Origin: Nitrospinota bacterium
GTDB taxonomy: Bacteria; Nitrospinota; Nitrospinia; Nitrospinales; Nitrospinaceae
DNA: 64,000 nt
Direction: 5' to 3'
NCBI GenBank assembly: GCA_029879645.1
Contig: JAOUPX010000001.1
Location: 4,417-68,416, forward strand
The notes under the pieces are model-generated. The model saw nothing but the letters and a program-made list of their open reading frames with translations, did no database searches and was not told where the DNA came from. Below are positions 8,795-19,431 of the stretch, one piece after another. The position numbers were made by a program, and so were the translations under genes. Every line of letters begins with the position of its first letter. The first letter of the stretch is position 1.

Positions 8795-10333
8795 CTATTC
8801 CAGCCAAACTCTGACTTGACGCTCCGAATCACTGATCTCGAATAAATCCTGAGGAATAAATCCTGTTTTTCGCGCACGTTTTTGAATACCATCCAGGTCA
8901 ATTTTATTTTTGCGAATGGCTTCCATAACCGGAGGATCGATAATAGCCTCCAAGTCCTCCACCACCCGGCTAGGCATACTCAAATCAACGACGTTGCCGT
9001 TGGTTTTGACCACATGGATCTTCAGCAATGTGGACATTTCATGAAAACCCGAAGCCGCTCCCTCCACTTTGGGAATGGAAGGCAATTTAAAAGCCTGTGC
9101 CTGCGGAAATAAATCCCGGCATAATTGGTTGAAGATAAAACGCCAGGGTAAAGCAACATCCAGACGTTTTAACATGGAAGTCATTCCGTGAAGGGTTCGC
9201 ATCAGGAAAATCAATTCCGGCGGAGCGGCGGAACGAAACCACCACTTCAAATCACCCACAATACCATCGAATCGTTCGCTGATCCGCCAGTCTTTTGCAT
9301 GGTACGGCGCTTCCGTGGTAAAAGGATCAAATAAAACCTGCAACAGGGCCGGGAGCGTGGGACGCAAGTCCTCCAACTTATCAACATCAAATCCCAGAGA
9401 AGCCATACAGGATGCAGGGTCTACGGCCTCACGGCCCGATACCGCCAGGATGGTTCTAATCAGACCCAGCCGGATAGTGTTATTTATTTTCAAAATACTG
9501 CCGAAATCATAAACCACTACAGCGCCTTCACCCTGATTGACACAAAAAGCAAAATTAGCAGGGTTGGGATCTGAATGCACATAGCCATGACGGAATAACA
9601 TATGAAAGTAATGCCGCAGGATAGCTCGACCTAAGCCCAATTTTTGCGAGTCGGATAATTTTTCAGCCTCATCCAGGCTCATACCCTCCCGCCATTCCTG
9701 AACCAATACATTATGGCGGGTTAGCTCCTTGACAACATTGGGGATGACCACATCATCCAGAGGACGACACATCTCCTGGTATCGAGCCTGCTGTTCCGCC
9801 TCACAAAGATAATCCAACTCCCGAAGAAAATTCTCATGGAAGGCCGCGCGATACCCTTCAAGATTAAATCCCCACTTGGATACCGGTCCGGCTTTAGGCA
9901 TCCACCCGAAGAGTTTCATCTCGGCTTCAACAGAATGGGCAATTCCTGGGTATTGAACCTTTACGGCCACTTGGCGTCCATCACGCAAAACGGCTTTATG
10001 CACCTGCCCCAAAGAAGCAGGCTTTCCCTTCATTTCTATGGAAGAAAATATAGAATCATAAGGTTTATCGTAGATCAGGCTCAATTGACCTGTAAACTCC
10101 TCCATGGACATCGGCGGAGTGGCAATGCTAAGAGCTTCCCGTAAGGAATCCTTCTCATCGTCCATCGTCATGAATTGCCCTACCTTGGTCGGCAATCCTC
10201 GGGATTTGCCCAACAGTTCCATTAGATAATGTTGAGCCCTTTCCCGCGTTTCATCGTCGGTACTTTTTCTGATGTTTCTCAGAGCATTACCAATTTTGAA
10301 GAGCCCGACACCTCTTTTAATTAAATTTTTCAT
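8795..10333 (-). CDS. ABC1/UbiB-family atypical protein kinase
   Basis: ASLGQVHKAVLRDGRQVAVKVQYPGI (the ABC1 Lys motif) and YVHSDPNPANF (the catalytic-loop equivalent). There is an extra C-terminal region of about 80 aa. Confidence 0.85.
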   Translation of the reverse strand: MKNLIKRGVGLFKIGNALRNIRKSTDDETRERAQHYLMELLGKSRGLPTKVGQFMTMDDEKDSLREALSIATPPMSMEEFTGQLSLIYDKPYDSIFSSIEMKGKPASLGQVHKAVLRDGRQVAVKVQYPGIAHSVEAEMKLFGWMPKAGPVSKWGFNLEGYRAAFHENFLRELDYLCEAEQQARYQEMCRPLDDVVIPNVVKELTRHNVLVQEWREGMSLDEAEKLSDSQKLGLGRAILRHYFHMLFRHGYVHSDPNPANFAFCVNQGEGAVVVYDFGSILKINNTIRLGLIRTILAVSGREAVDPASCMASLGFDVDKLEDLRPTLPALLQVLFDPFTTEAPYHAKDWRISERFDGIVGDLKWWFRSAAPPELIFLMRTLHGMTSMLKRLDVALPWRFIFNQLCRDLFPQAQAFKLPSIPKVEGAASGFHEMSTLLKIHVVKTNGNVVDLSMPSRVVEDLEAIIDPPVMEAIRKNKIDLDGIQKRARKTGFIPQDLFEISDSERQVRVWLE

Positions 10334-10363
10334 TAAACCTGCAAAAGAGTAACTGAAGGAATA

Positions 10364-13168
10364 TTAATTTCTGGTTCTAAGCTGCTCCACCTGAGTTAGA
10401 ACGTCAGGGAGGACCTCATCCTGATTTTTCCTTGAGCGCATCAAAACAACAGACCGTGGCACGTTGGAATCCTGAAATAATCTCTTGGCTTCCTTAATAA
10501 TTTCTTCCTTGGTCAGGTTTTTTACAGCTTTCACCAGTTTCTTTTTGAAATCAAAATCGCCTTTTTCATCAACCGCAAAATAATATAAATCTCCGGCAAC
10601 CTCAGAAATACTGTCGCCTTTTTTTTCAAGTGAAATAATCAAACTTTTGCGATGGCTTTCAAATTCCTCATCTGTCAGTTTGTCGAAAAGATTAGCCGAG
10701 GAACCCATCCATGCTTCCACACGTTTCTGCAATTCAAATGGACCGTACCCCGCCGATTGAATGATCATTTTGAAAAACAGACGATCCTCAACGCTATTTT
10801 GAAAACTCCAGACGATATATCCCAACTGCTGATTGGTGCGCATCTGAGTATAAAAATCGCTTTCAACAATGGAAGCCACCAGTGAGATACGGGCATGCTC
10901 CTCAAAAGTCCGCTCTCCGACCTGCAACGTATAATAGATGGAATTATTATTGTCAGCGATCTTTTGGGAAAATTGAATATTTTGCCCCGGCTGGAAAACT
11001 TTAACGATTTCCGTGTATCTATCCGCCTCAGGCAAAGGTCGACTGTTTAATTCATGAAGAACCATGTCCAGACTTTCTCTAGATTGCTCCACCGACCAAT
11101 TTCCATGAATCACACCGCGGACATACGATCTCTGATAAAGCTGTTCTGCATACTGCTTGATATCGTCCAGGGTAACGGTTTTCATGGCGGCGATTAACTC
11201 GTCTTCTGTATATTGCTTGGCTATCCAGAGTAACCGGTGGTAATAGGACGCACGGGAATAGGATTGATCCAGTTTGCGGTTTTCCATGCTTCGAATAATC
11301 GATTCCCTTAAATTATTAAATTTTTGCTCGTTGATACGAACCTGCCTGAGATTTCTTGTAACCAGACGGAGCAAATCCATGATTCGTTCCGAATAACCTC
11401 CCACTGACAGAGTCATACCACGCTTTTCAATGGCCACACTATAGGAAAGACCGGCCAACGAAATCGGATAAGTGATCTCATTTAATCCTTCTTGCAAGGC
11501 AATTTCATACATCTTGGATTGCGCAAGATGCTTGGCGGAATCATAAACCAGGGGGGTTTCAATAAGATATTGGATAAAAACCTTGGGTTGTCTGAAACGA
11601 TCATCGAACTTAAACCAAACCTTGGCTTTTTCATCATCACGAATCGTAATCGGATGCTCATCAATCAAAGCAAGATTGTAAGGAATAAAATCATTTTTCT
11701 CCGGATAAACCAAGTCCTCCACAGCAGGAGGATTCACCAATTTCTGAAATGATTGCCCGCCCACTTCTTCGAAAGCATATTCCGTCCCGAAGTATTTCTC
11801 TTTTTTCTGAGTTTCAACTTTTTGACTCAACAAACTGACCAGCATGTTTTCCGGCCGCAGGGTATTCAAAATGGCTCGATAGGCATCGGGTTCATATTTC
11901 TTAAATAAATAGGGAAGTGTTTCCACCTCTTCCAGCTTGTATGTTTGCATTTGCGCCGCCCGACCAGCCACATACCCCATACCCTCCTGAGGACTTTTCC
12001 AATCAAAGTCCGTCTGCGCCATAGTTTGAATTTCCTTGAAGGTGTACTCCTTGAAGTCCCATTTTCTGAGCAAATCAAGATAAGCAAATACGATTTCAAG
12101 AATTCTTTGATATTCGGCTTCACCCTTTTCCGTCAGAGTGATATTGATATCAAATGAAGAAATATTTGGATGACTGTCCCCGCCACCGGCTGACAACCCC
12201 AGCGCCAGGCCTTCTTCTTTTAACTTGGACAACAGAGACCCCTTTCCTTCATGACCAATAACAGAAGCCACCACAGAAGCCGGTTTGCTGTCCAGATGAT
12301 CCTGCAGGCGGATCGTCGGAAATTCAAGCCCCAGCATCCGTTCATCCTTGATGGTTTTAATTTTAATCAGACGGTATTTATCTTTAAGGGGCTTGCGGTA
12401 GACAGGATCCACAAAAGGTTTTTCAACAGGATGATCGGGAATATCTCCAAAATACTGGCGGGCCAGATGCTCCTGTTCAGCTAGAGAGAGGTTGGAAAGA
12501 ACAGCCAGCCTCATATTGGAGGCCGCGTAATATTTTTTATGAAAAGCCAACAAAACTTCCCGATTATCACCAGCCAGAGTTTCCTTACTTCCTATTCCGA
12601 ATTTTCTTAACGGATGCCCTTCCTCAGTAATCTGATTGATCAGCTGATTACTTCGCCAGCCATCTTGAAGGCGGTTTTTGTCAAATTCGCTGTTAACCGC
12701 ATTGACCTCACGCTCGGCATATTTTTTATCAAACAGAGGTGCACGAAAAAAATCACTGAACCGGTCCAGCGCTCCCTCAAAGGCATGATGCCGGACTTCT
12801 AAAAAATAATTAGTAATATCTCCCGCTGTGTAAGCGTTACTGCCACCGGAGTTGGCAGCTAAATAATCCTTGAAAGAACTGACATCGGGGTATTTTTTAG
12901 TACCGAGGAAGAGCATGTGCTCTAAATAATGGGCCAATCCCTGTTTCTCCCAGGGATCGTACAAATGTCCAACCCCCACTGACAATGCGGCGGCACTTCG
13001 ATCCACTTCCGCATCATGAATTAACAAGACTTGCAAACCATTGCCCAAAACCAGTGTTTTTGTATCGCGCTGGGCGGCCTCGACAGAATTCCATGAAATG
13101 ACCAGCCAAACGGCAATGAAAATCTTGATAAACAGTCTTATAGAAACGAATCTCACAAAACACCTCAT
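10364..13168 (-). CDS. Secreted M16 (insulinase/pitrilysin-type) zinc peptidase
   Basis: 934 aa with an N-terminal hydrophobic signal, the inverted zinc motif HYLEHMLF (HxxEH), and a length and domain layout typical of protease III-like enzymes. Confidence 0.9.
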   Translation of the reverse strand: MRCFVRFVSIRLFIKIFIAVWLVISWNSVEAAQRDTKTLVLGNGLQVLLIHDAEVDRSAAALSVGVGHLYDPWEKQGLAHYLEHMLFLGTKKYPDVSSFKDYLAANSGGSNAYTAGDITNYFLEVRHHAFEGALDRFSDFFRAPLFDKKYAEREVNAVNSEFDKNRLQDGWRSNQLINQITEEGHPLRKFGIGSKETLAGDNREVLLAFHKKYYAASNMRLAVLSNLSLAEQEHLARQYFGDIPDHPVEKPFVDPVYRKPLKDKYRLIKIKTIKDERMLGLEFPTIRLQDHLDSKPASVVASVIGHEGKGSLLSKLKEEGLALGLSAGGGDSHPNISSFDINITLTEKGEAEYQRILEIVFAYLDLLRKWDFKEYTFKEIQTMAQTDFDWKSPQEGMGYVAGRAAQMQTYKLEEVETLPYLFKKYEPDAYRAILNTLRPENMLVSLLSQKVETQKKEKYFGTEYAFEEVGGQSFQKLVNPPAVEDLVYPEKNDFIPYNLALIDEHPITIRDDEKAKVWFKFDDRFRQPKVFIQYLIETPLVYDSAKHLAQSKMYEIALQEGLNEITYPISLAGLSYSVAIEKRGMTLSVGGYSERIMDLLRLVTRNLRQVRINEQKFNNLRESIIRSMENRKLDQSYSRASYYHRLLWIAKQYTEDELIAAMKTVTLDDIKQYAEQLYQRSYVRGVIHGNWSVEQSRESLDMVLHELNSRPLPEADRYTEIVKVFQPGQNIQFSQKIADNNNSIYYTLQVGERTFEEHARISLVASIVESDFYTQMRTNQQLGYIVWSFQNSVEDRLFFKMIIQSAGYGPFELQKRVEAWMGSSANLFDKLTDEEFESHRKSLIISLEKKGDSISEVAGDLYYFAVDEKGDFDFKKKLVKAVKNLTKEEIIKEAKRLFQDSNVPRSVVLMRSRKNQDEVLPDVLTQVEQLRTRN

Positions 13169-13282
13169 TCAAGGAAAAAATATTCATTAGGAAGCAGGAC
13201 AACCCTACATCAACACTATTAGCCTTATTATAGTAGGCAGACCTCGCGTATGGATATTAAATATTTTTAATTAAACGGTACT

Positions 13283-14179
13283 TCAATCCCAGGACATCAT
13301 TCCAACTCCCAGTATCGTCAGGCCCGCCGCCAGGATCCTCTGTTTTCCGAAAGGTTCTCCCAGTTTCCAGCATCCCCATACCACCACCATCATTACACTG
13401 GTTTGGCGAACGGCGACCACCTGCCCTACCGGTTCGGACTGCAAAACCACGCAGATCAACCCATAAGATCCGATCGTGGCCAGTCCGGCGATTAGACCCC
13501 TCAGCCATTCCGCCCGCCAGACGGTAGAAATTTCTTTCCAGGGATATTTCCAGAACAAATAGAGATTGCATATGGAAAACCCGATCATGGCTTCAGTAAA
13601 AAAAAAGATAAGACCATTGGCAAACTTTTCTTCAGGACGGTGCTGAAAGAATATATCCATCCCCTGTTTATCAACCAGACTGTACGCCACCACCAAAGCC
13701 AGGGTAATAAATGCCCATTTTAAATCCTTGTGAAGAACGGCGTCCCACAAATTTTTAAACCCCCTGATCAGGTGTCCGTCAAAATGAAGTATATACACGG
13801 CCACCAGAATCAACATTATGGCCAGAATGGAGAGGAGGCCCAGACGCTCTCCCAGCAAAAACCAGGAAAACGCGGGGACAAATACTGGAGCGGATCGCGC
13901 AATCGGGTATACGTAAGAAATATCCTGCACACTGTATGCCTTGGACAAACTCAAAATGTACAGACCGTGAAGAAGTCCGGACAACACAATCCACAACCCT
14001 ATTCCAGGAGGAAAAAACTCATTTCCCTGAAGCAAATATAAAGTCACTCCAATCCCCATGATCCATATACCCTTTAATCCGGAAAGCAAATTGGAATTAC
14101 GGCTGGTTTGGGTCAATACATTCCAAAGGGAGTGGAACAGAGACGATAAAAGAATAAGACTGATACTGAGCAAAGACAA
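13283..14179 (-). CDS. DMT-superfamily (EamA-like) transporter
   Basis: 298 aa and about 10 predicted TM helices arranged as two similar halves. Confidence 0.75.
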   Translation of the reverse strand: MSLLSISLILLSSLFHSLWNVLTQTSRNSNLLSGLKGIWIMGIGVTLYLLQGNEFFPPGIGLWIVLSGLLHGLYILSLSKAYSVQDISYVYPIARSAPVFVPAFSWFLLGERLGLLSILAIMLILVAVYILHFDGHLIRGFKNLWDAVLHKDLKWAFITLALVVAYSLVDKQGMDIFFQHRPEEKFANGLIFFFTEAMIGFSICNLYLFWKYPWKEISTVWRAEWLRGLIAGLATIGSYGLICVVLQSEPVGQVVAVRQTSVMMVVVWGCWKLGEPFGKQRILAAGLTILGVGMMSWD

Positions 14180-14443
14180 CCGATTGACTCCTGGTAAAAA
14201 AAGTTTTTAAGAGGAAATCTGGCGAAACCATCTGGGGATGCAAACTACAGGCCCTTCAAACTATAATCGTGAGAGGGGAAATAAGTCAAACTGCGATATG
14301 AAGTATATAGTGTCTCGGAGCAACCTCTAAAAAGCCAATACAAAATAGAATAGGAATAATGCTAAAATATTTAAGCCGCTTGGATAATTAGATTGTCCGC
14401 CAAACACTTGTCCTATTTTTTCCACTCATCCCCAGGGCCCTTG

Positions 14444-17400
14444 ATGGTACACAACCAGTTTGATCTTCTTAAAACCCGGCGCTTCCTCCCACTTTTTATC
14501 ACCCAGTTCCTGGGAGCCTTCAACGACAACGTCTATAAAAACGCACTGGTGATTCTAATCACATATGTTGCAGCAGAAAAGGCAGGACTCAACTCACAGA
14601 TCATGGTCACACTGGCCGCGGGAATATTCATTCTTCCCTTCTTTCTGTTTTCAGCAACAGCCGGACAGCTGGCGGATAAATATGAAAAGGCATTTCTGAT
14701 CCAAATCATCAAGTTCGTTGAAATCATCCTGATGATCGGCGCCACGATTGGCTTTTATCTTGAAAGCATCGGATTCCTGATGACAATCCTGTTTCTTATG
14801 GGAACCCAGTCAACGTTCTTCGGCCCCATCAAATACGGCATCCTTCCCGAAAAAATAGATGAAGATGAATTGATTGGCGGCAACGGCCTGATTGAAGCGG
14901 GGACCTTTATATCAATTCTGGTTGGAACTCTGATCGGAGGCCTGCTGATTCTTACCGAAAATGGAATCCTGATGATCTCCAGCATGGTCATTCTCGTCGC
15001 CATTCTGGGATGGGTGAGCAGTTTTTACATCCCCAAGGGACAGGCCGCCTCGCCCGAACTACGGGTGGATTACAATTTTCTCAAGGAAACCTGGGTCATC
15101 ATCTCCCACGCCAGGCAGAACCGGGAAATTTTTCTCTCCATTCTCGGTATCTCATGGTTTTGGCTGGTAGGCGCTACTTTTCTTGCGCAATTCCCAACGT
15201 ATGCCAAAGACATCATCGGTGGGAACGAGCAGCTCGTAACTCTGTTCTTATCCGTGTTTACTATTGGAATCGGAATCGGATCTCTGCTGTGCAACCAAAT
15301 GCTGAAGGGGGAAGTGGAGGCCACTTTTGTTCCTTTGGGGATCATCGGGGTCACCCTGTTCACCGTGGATCTTTATTTCGCCAGTCAGCACAGTTTTATT
15401 AACGCCGGTGAGGAACTGATCGGAGCGGGTGCCTTTCTTTCTCATTGGTCAAGCTGGCGTATTCTGGGCGACATGTTTATGATCAGCATTTCCAGCGGTG
15501 TATATATAGTTCCTTTGTATGCCATCATCCAGTCGAGAAGCGAAACCGCCCACCGTTCCCGGACTATTGCCAGCAATAACATCTTAAATGCGCTTTTTAT
15601 GGTGATATCCGCCGTTGGCACCATGCTCATGCTGACTCTGGGCTTTGACGTCAACCAGGTCTTTCTGGCGGTGGCAATCCTCAACACCGCTGTCGCAATA
15701 TATACTTGCCAGCTTCTTCCGGCGGCCCTGCTCAAATCCATCCTCTTCTGGGTGTTCAATGCTCTTTACAAGGTGGAAGTGAAAGGCCTTGAAAACTTCA
15801 AGAACGTTCAAAAGGAAAAAGTAATCATCATCGCCAATCATTTGTCCTATCTGGATGCGGCATTGATCGCTACCTATATTCCGTCCAAGCTGACTTTTGC
15901 CATCAATACCAAAGTTGCTCAACACTGGCTGGTCAAACCCTTCTTGAATTTAATGGAAACCTTCCCGCTGGACCCGACCAACCCGATGGCGGCTAAATCC
16001 CTCATTGAATCCATCAGAGATAAGAACCATGTGGTCATTTTTCCGGAAGGCCGGATCACCGTTACCGGGTCCCTGATGAAAGTTTATGAAGGGTCCGGCA
16101 TGATCGCGGACAAATCCGGCGCCCATATTGTTCCGATCCGAATTGATGGCGCCCAATACACTCCCTTCTCTCGGCTGAAAGGAAACATTCGCACCCGCTG
16201 GTTTCCCAAAATCACTCTCACCGTTCTGGAACCACAAAAATTTAATATCCCGGACCACATCAAAGGCGGCGCCCGCAGGAGCATGGCCGGGTCCCAGCTT
16301 TATGACATGATGACTCTGATGATGTTCCAGGCCAGCAATTTCCGGCAAACCCTGTTCCAATCCCTGTTGGATGCTAAAGCCACACACGGAGCCGGCCACG
16401 TCATTGCCGAAGATATCCAAAGGGATCCCGTCACCTACGATCACCTCATCACCAAATGTTTTATTTTGGGAAAACCCGTTTCAAAGATGACTCAGCCAGG
16501 AGAATATGTAGGAGTTCTGCTCCCCAACATGGTCAGTACCGTGGTCATGTTTTTTGCCTTGCAGGCCTATGCCAGAGTTCCCGCCATGTTGAATTTTTCC
16601 GTCGGCAAACGAAATCTTTTGTCGGCCTGTGAAATAGCGGGTATCAAAATCGTTTTCACCTCCCGCAAGTTCGTTGAAACCGCTAACCTCGAAGAAACAG
16701 CTCAGGCGATGGAGGAAGCCGGAGTCCGACTGATCTACCTGGAGGATTTCGCCAAATCAATAAGCCTGCTGGACAAGGCGGCCGGTTTTCTTGGCGGTTT
16801 CTTACCTCAATCGTACTACCATCGCATATGCGATAACGATGACACCGATTCCCCGGCGGTTGTCCTGTTCACTTCCGGTTCCGAGGGAACACCTAAAGGA
16901 GTCGTCCTGAGTCATGCCAATATTCTGGCTAACCGGCATCAGACGGGGGCTCGCATTGATTTCGGACCAAATGACGTGGTGTTCAATGCTCTGCCGGTAT
17001 TTCACTCATTTGGATTGACCGGTGGCACTCTGCTCCCCATGCTTTCAGGGGCCAAGGTTTTCTTCTACCCATCACCATTGCACTACCGAATCATTCCAGA
17101 GCTCTCCTACGATGCCAACGCCACCATTATGTTTGGCACAGATACGTTTCTCTCCGGTTATGCGCATTACGGACATCCCTACGATTTTTACAGCCTGCGT
17201 TATGTTTTTGCCGGGGCCGAGAAACTCAAGGAAGAGACACGCAAAATATGGGCAGAAAAGTTTGGAGTCCGTATCTTCGAGGGTTATGGAGCTACGGAAA
17301 CCGCCCCCATTCTGGCGCTTAACACCCCGATGCAGAATAAACCGGGAACCGTGGGCCGTCTCGTACCGGGAATTCAATATCGACTCCAGGAAGTGCCTGG

Positions 17401-17878
17401 AATTAAAGATGGCGGAAGACTAATTGTTTCCGGCCCCAATATTATGCTGGGTTATCTGTTGAGTATTATGCCGGGCAAGCTGGTCCCTCCGGAAGACGGA
17501 TGGTATGACACGGGGGATATTGTAGACATCGACGACGAAGGCTATATCACCATCAAAGGACGGGCCAAACGGTTTGCCAAGGTCGGAGGGGAAATGATCT
17601 CCCTGACCGCCGTCGAGGACTTTTTATCAAAATTATGGCCGGATCACACCCATGCCGTTGTGGCCATCCCTGACGAAAAAAAAGGCGAGCAGTTGATATT
17701 GGTGACCGAAAATAAGGAAGCGCAACGGCAGGAAATTATTGAATACGTTCGCAATCAGGGTCTGTCGGAACTGGGCTTGCCGAAAACGATCATCCATGTA
17801 GAACATATCCCCCTCCTCGGCACCGGGAAAATTGACTATGTATCGACCCAGGAACTGGTGGATGCTCACAGGGATTAA
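14444..17878 (+). CDS. aas: Triple fusion: LplT-like MFS lysophospholipid transporter, PlsC-type acyltransferase and acyl-ACP synthetase (Aas)
   Basis: An N-terminal region of about 420 aa has 12 TM helices. It is followed by NHLSYLDA (HX4D) and FPEGRIT acyltransferase motifs, then the AMP-binding motif LFTSGSEGTPKGV, YGATE and GWYDTGD. The ATG at 14444 is preferred over the upstream TTG at 14393. Confidence 0.9.
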   Translation: MVHNQFDLLKTRRFLPLFITQFLGAFNDNVYKNALVILITYVAAEKAGLNSQIMVTLAAGIFILPFFLFSATAGQLADKYEKAFLIQIIKFVEIILMIGATIGFYLESIGFLMTILFLMGTQSTFFGPIKYGILPEKIDEDELIGGNGLIEAGTFISILVGTLIGGLLILTENGILMISSMVILVAILGWVSSFYIPKGQAASPELRVDYNFLKETWVIISHARQNREIFLSILGISWFWLVGATFLAQFPTYAKDIIGGNEQLVTLFLSVFTIGIGIGSLLCNQMLKGEVEATFVPLGIIGVTLFTVDLYFASQHSFINAGEELIGAGAFLSHWSSWRILGDMFMISISSGVYIVPLYAIIQSRSETAHRSRTIASNNILNALFMVISAVGTMLMLTLGFDVNQVFLAVAILNTAVAIYTCQLLPAALLKSILFWVFNALYKVEVKGLENFKNVQKEKVIIIANHLSYLDAALIATYIPSKLTFAINTKVAQHWLVKPFLNLMETFPLDPTNPMAAKSLIESIRDKNHVVIFPEGRITVTGSLMKVYEGSGMIADKSGAHIVPIRIDGAQYTPFSRLKGNIRTRWFPKITLTVLEPQKFNIPDHIKGGARRSMAGSQLYDMMTLMMFQASNFRQTLFQSLLDAKATHGAGHVIAEDIQRDPVTYDHLITKCFILGKPVSKMTQPGEYVGVLLPNMVSTVVMFFALQAYARVPAMLNFSVGKRNLLSACEIAGIKIVFTSRKFVETANLEETAQAMEEAGVRLIYLEDFAKSISLLDKAAGFLGGFLPQSYYHRICDNDDTDSPAVVLFTSGSEGTPKGVVLSHANILANRHQTGARIDFGPNDVVFNALPVFHSFGLTGGTLLPMLSGAKVFFYPSPLHYRIIPELSYDANATIMFGTDTFLSGYAHYGHPYDFYSLRYVFAGAEKLKEETRKIWAEKFGVRIFEGYGATETAPILALNTPMQNKPGTVGRLVPGIQYRLQEVPGIKDGGRLIVSGPNIMLGYLLSIMPGKLVPPEDGWYDTGDIVDIDDEGYITIKGRAKRFAKVGGEMISLTAVEDFLSKLWPDHTHAVVAIPDEKKGEQLILVTENKEAQRQEIIEYVRNQGLSELGLPKTIIHVEHIPLLGTGKIDYVSTQELVDAHRD

Positions 17879-18672
17879 TTCGCCGGCTTAGGAGATTCAA
17901 TCTGGATCGCCTGTCGATGTTTTAAATAACGCACCAGCGCATAAATGCCCCAGGCGGCAACGCAATGTTTGAGTGAATGCCCGGCAATCCATCCTCCTGT
18001 CCATCCCCAAATAGCCGCATCCATGAACTCAAACACCTTGGCGGCAAGATACCAGCCTATCATTTCCAAAAGATAGTGGCTCCCGCTGTATCGCGCCGGA
18101 AATAACCAGAGAATAACCGGTATCAGTAATACCGGTAAAAATTGTACCAGGGCATAAGGCCGCAGATCGCCCTGCCCCGATTGTTCGGTCATATGCCAGT
18201 AAGCCACACTGGCCACCCCCACCATCAATAAGGGAATCAACAGAGCGACACCGGCTTTAACATGGATTCTCTCTGCCAGAATCATAGAGAAGATACCCAT
18301 AAACGCAAGGGTCATCGGTAGCCGGTCCCACACCAGGGTTTCGTTGGAAGGCGCCCAGTGGTAGTAGGCCGAACCCGCAAAGATCAAACAGGTCCCGGCA
18401 AACGCCACCGCCAAAGGGAAAGCTTCCAGTTTTTCAACAAGTCGGGAGCGATCTCCGCTTATTTGGGCGAGACGCCCCAATCCCAACACACCCACCAGCA
18501 GGAAGGCCAAGTTGGAGGCCACATCAAAAAAATTTGGGATACCACCCATCACCCGCCTATCGGCCAGATTATGATAGTTTGGGTCCTGCGCTATCGGAGA
18601 AACAAATAACGTGGCCGTAATCGCAATAGCACTGATTGCCAGGAGTAATCCGATGCGTTGATTCTGGCTCAT
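17875..18672 (-). CDS. Integral membrane protein, alkaline (phyto)ceramidase-like family
   Basis: 265 aa, 7 TM helices. The N-terminal IAQDPNYHNLADRR..GIPNFFDVASNLAFLLVG and YYHW..WDRLPM resemble bacterial ceramidase-domain proteins as I remember them. Confidence 0.55.
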   Translation of the reverse strand: MSQNQRIGLLLAISAIAITATLFVSPIAQDPNYHNLADRRVMGGIPNFFDVASNLAFLLVGVLGLGRLAQISGDRSRLVEKLEAFPLAVAFAGTCLIFAGSAYYHWAPSNETLVWDRLPMTLAFMGIFSMILAERIHVKAGVALLIPLLMVGVASVAYWHMTEQSGQGDLRPYALVQFLPVLLIPVILWLFPARYSGSHYLLEMIGWYLAAKVFEFMDAAIWGWTGGWIAGHSLKHCVAAWGIYALVRYLKHRQAIQIESPKPAN

Positions 18673-19340
18673 GAGGTTGAGTTCCGGTTAAATTTTCCGC
18701 ACTCAAGAAATTGGACGGTCTGATTCCAGGCTTCCCGGTTATAAATAATGAATGTGTGGGTGGCGGCAATGGTAATATGATCCGTCAAACCCGCAACTTT
18801 GGTACTTTCCACCGAGACCTTGCCGTCGTTGGGGCCCTTGATCATCGCCGAGGAAATAGGATCCCAACTCCGGTTACCTGCAATAACACCTAATTCATAA
18901 TCAACCGGTCCCAGAATGCGTGCAAAGCTTTTTTCTTCTGCGCCCAAGTCCTGACCCGCTGGACCGAAAATCCATTTAAACAAAAAATTGTTTTTCCAGA
19001 AATCCGCCACCTCGCTTCCCTGGTTGGGGGGTGCCAATTGCACTACCCGACCGAGGTTGGGCGGGCGATAACGATGGATCACCCCGCGGGCCAGAAGGCC
19101 CCCAAGTGAATACCCTATAAAATGAATTTTCCGATGATGGTCCCGATTGAAATCCGTCACCTGGTGCTGAATGTGGTCAATCAGTGATTCCAGATGAATA
19201 CGCGTCGAAGGATAGCCCACATTGAGTAATGGATAACCCTGACTTCTTAGAAAATTCGCCAGGGAGTTCATCGAACGCCAGGTACGGGCAATACCGTGCA
19301 ACACAACAATTAAATCTTTTTCAGACACAGAATCGGACAA
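18669..19340 (-). CDS. Alpha/beta hydrolase (lipase/esterase-like)
   Basis: VVLHGIAR, the nucleophile elbow GYSLGG and a late His. Its stop overlaps the ceramidase-like start as ATGA. Confidence 0.75.
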   Translation of the reverse strand: MSDSVSEKDLIVVLHGIARTWRSMNSLANFLRSQGYPLLNVGYPSTRIHLESLIDHIQHQVTDFNRDHHRKIHFIGYSLGGLLARGVIHRYRPPNLGRVVQLAPPNQGSEVADFWKNNFLFKWIFGPAGQDLGAEEKSFARILGPVDYELGVIAGNRSWDPISSAMIKGPNDGKVSVESTKVAGLTDHITIAATHTFIIYNREAWNQTVQFLECGKFNRNSTS

Positions 19341-19431
19341 CCGGCAACCCTCATGGAATTATTCGGATTAATAGTATACGATATTTGCTTTCAGCCCGAT
19401 TGACTTACCAAAAATGAGGATGTCCTGAACC

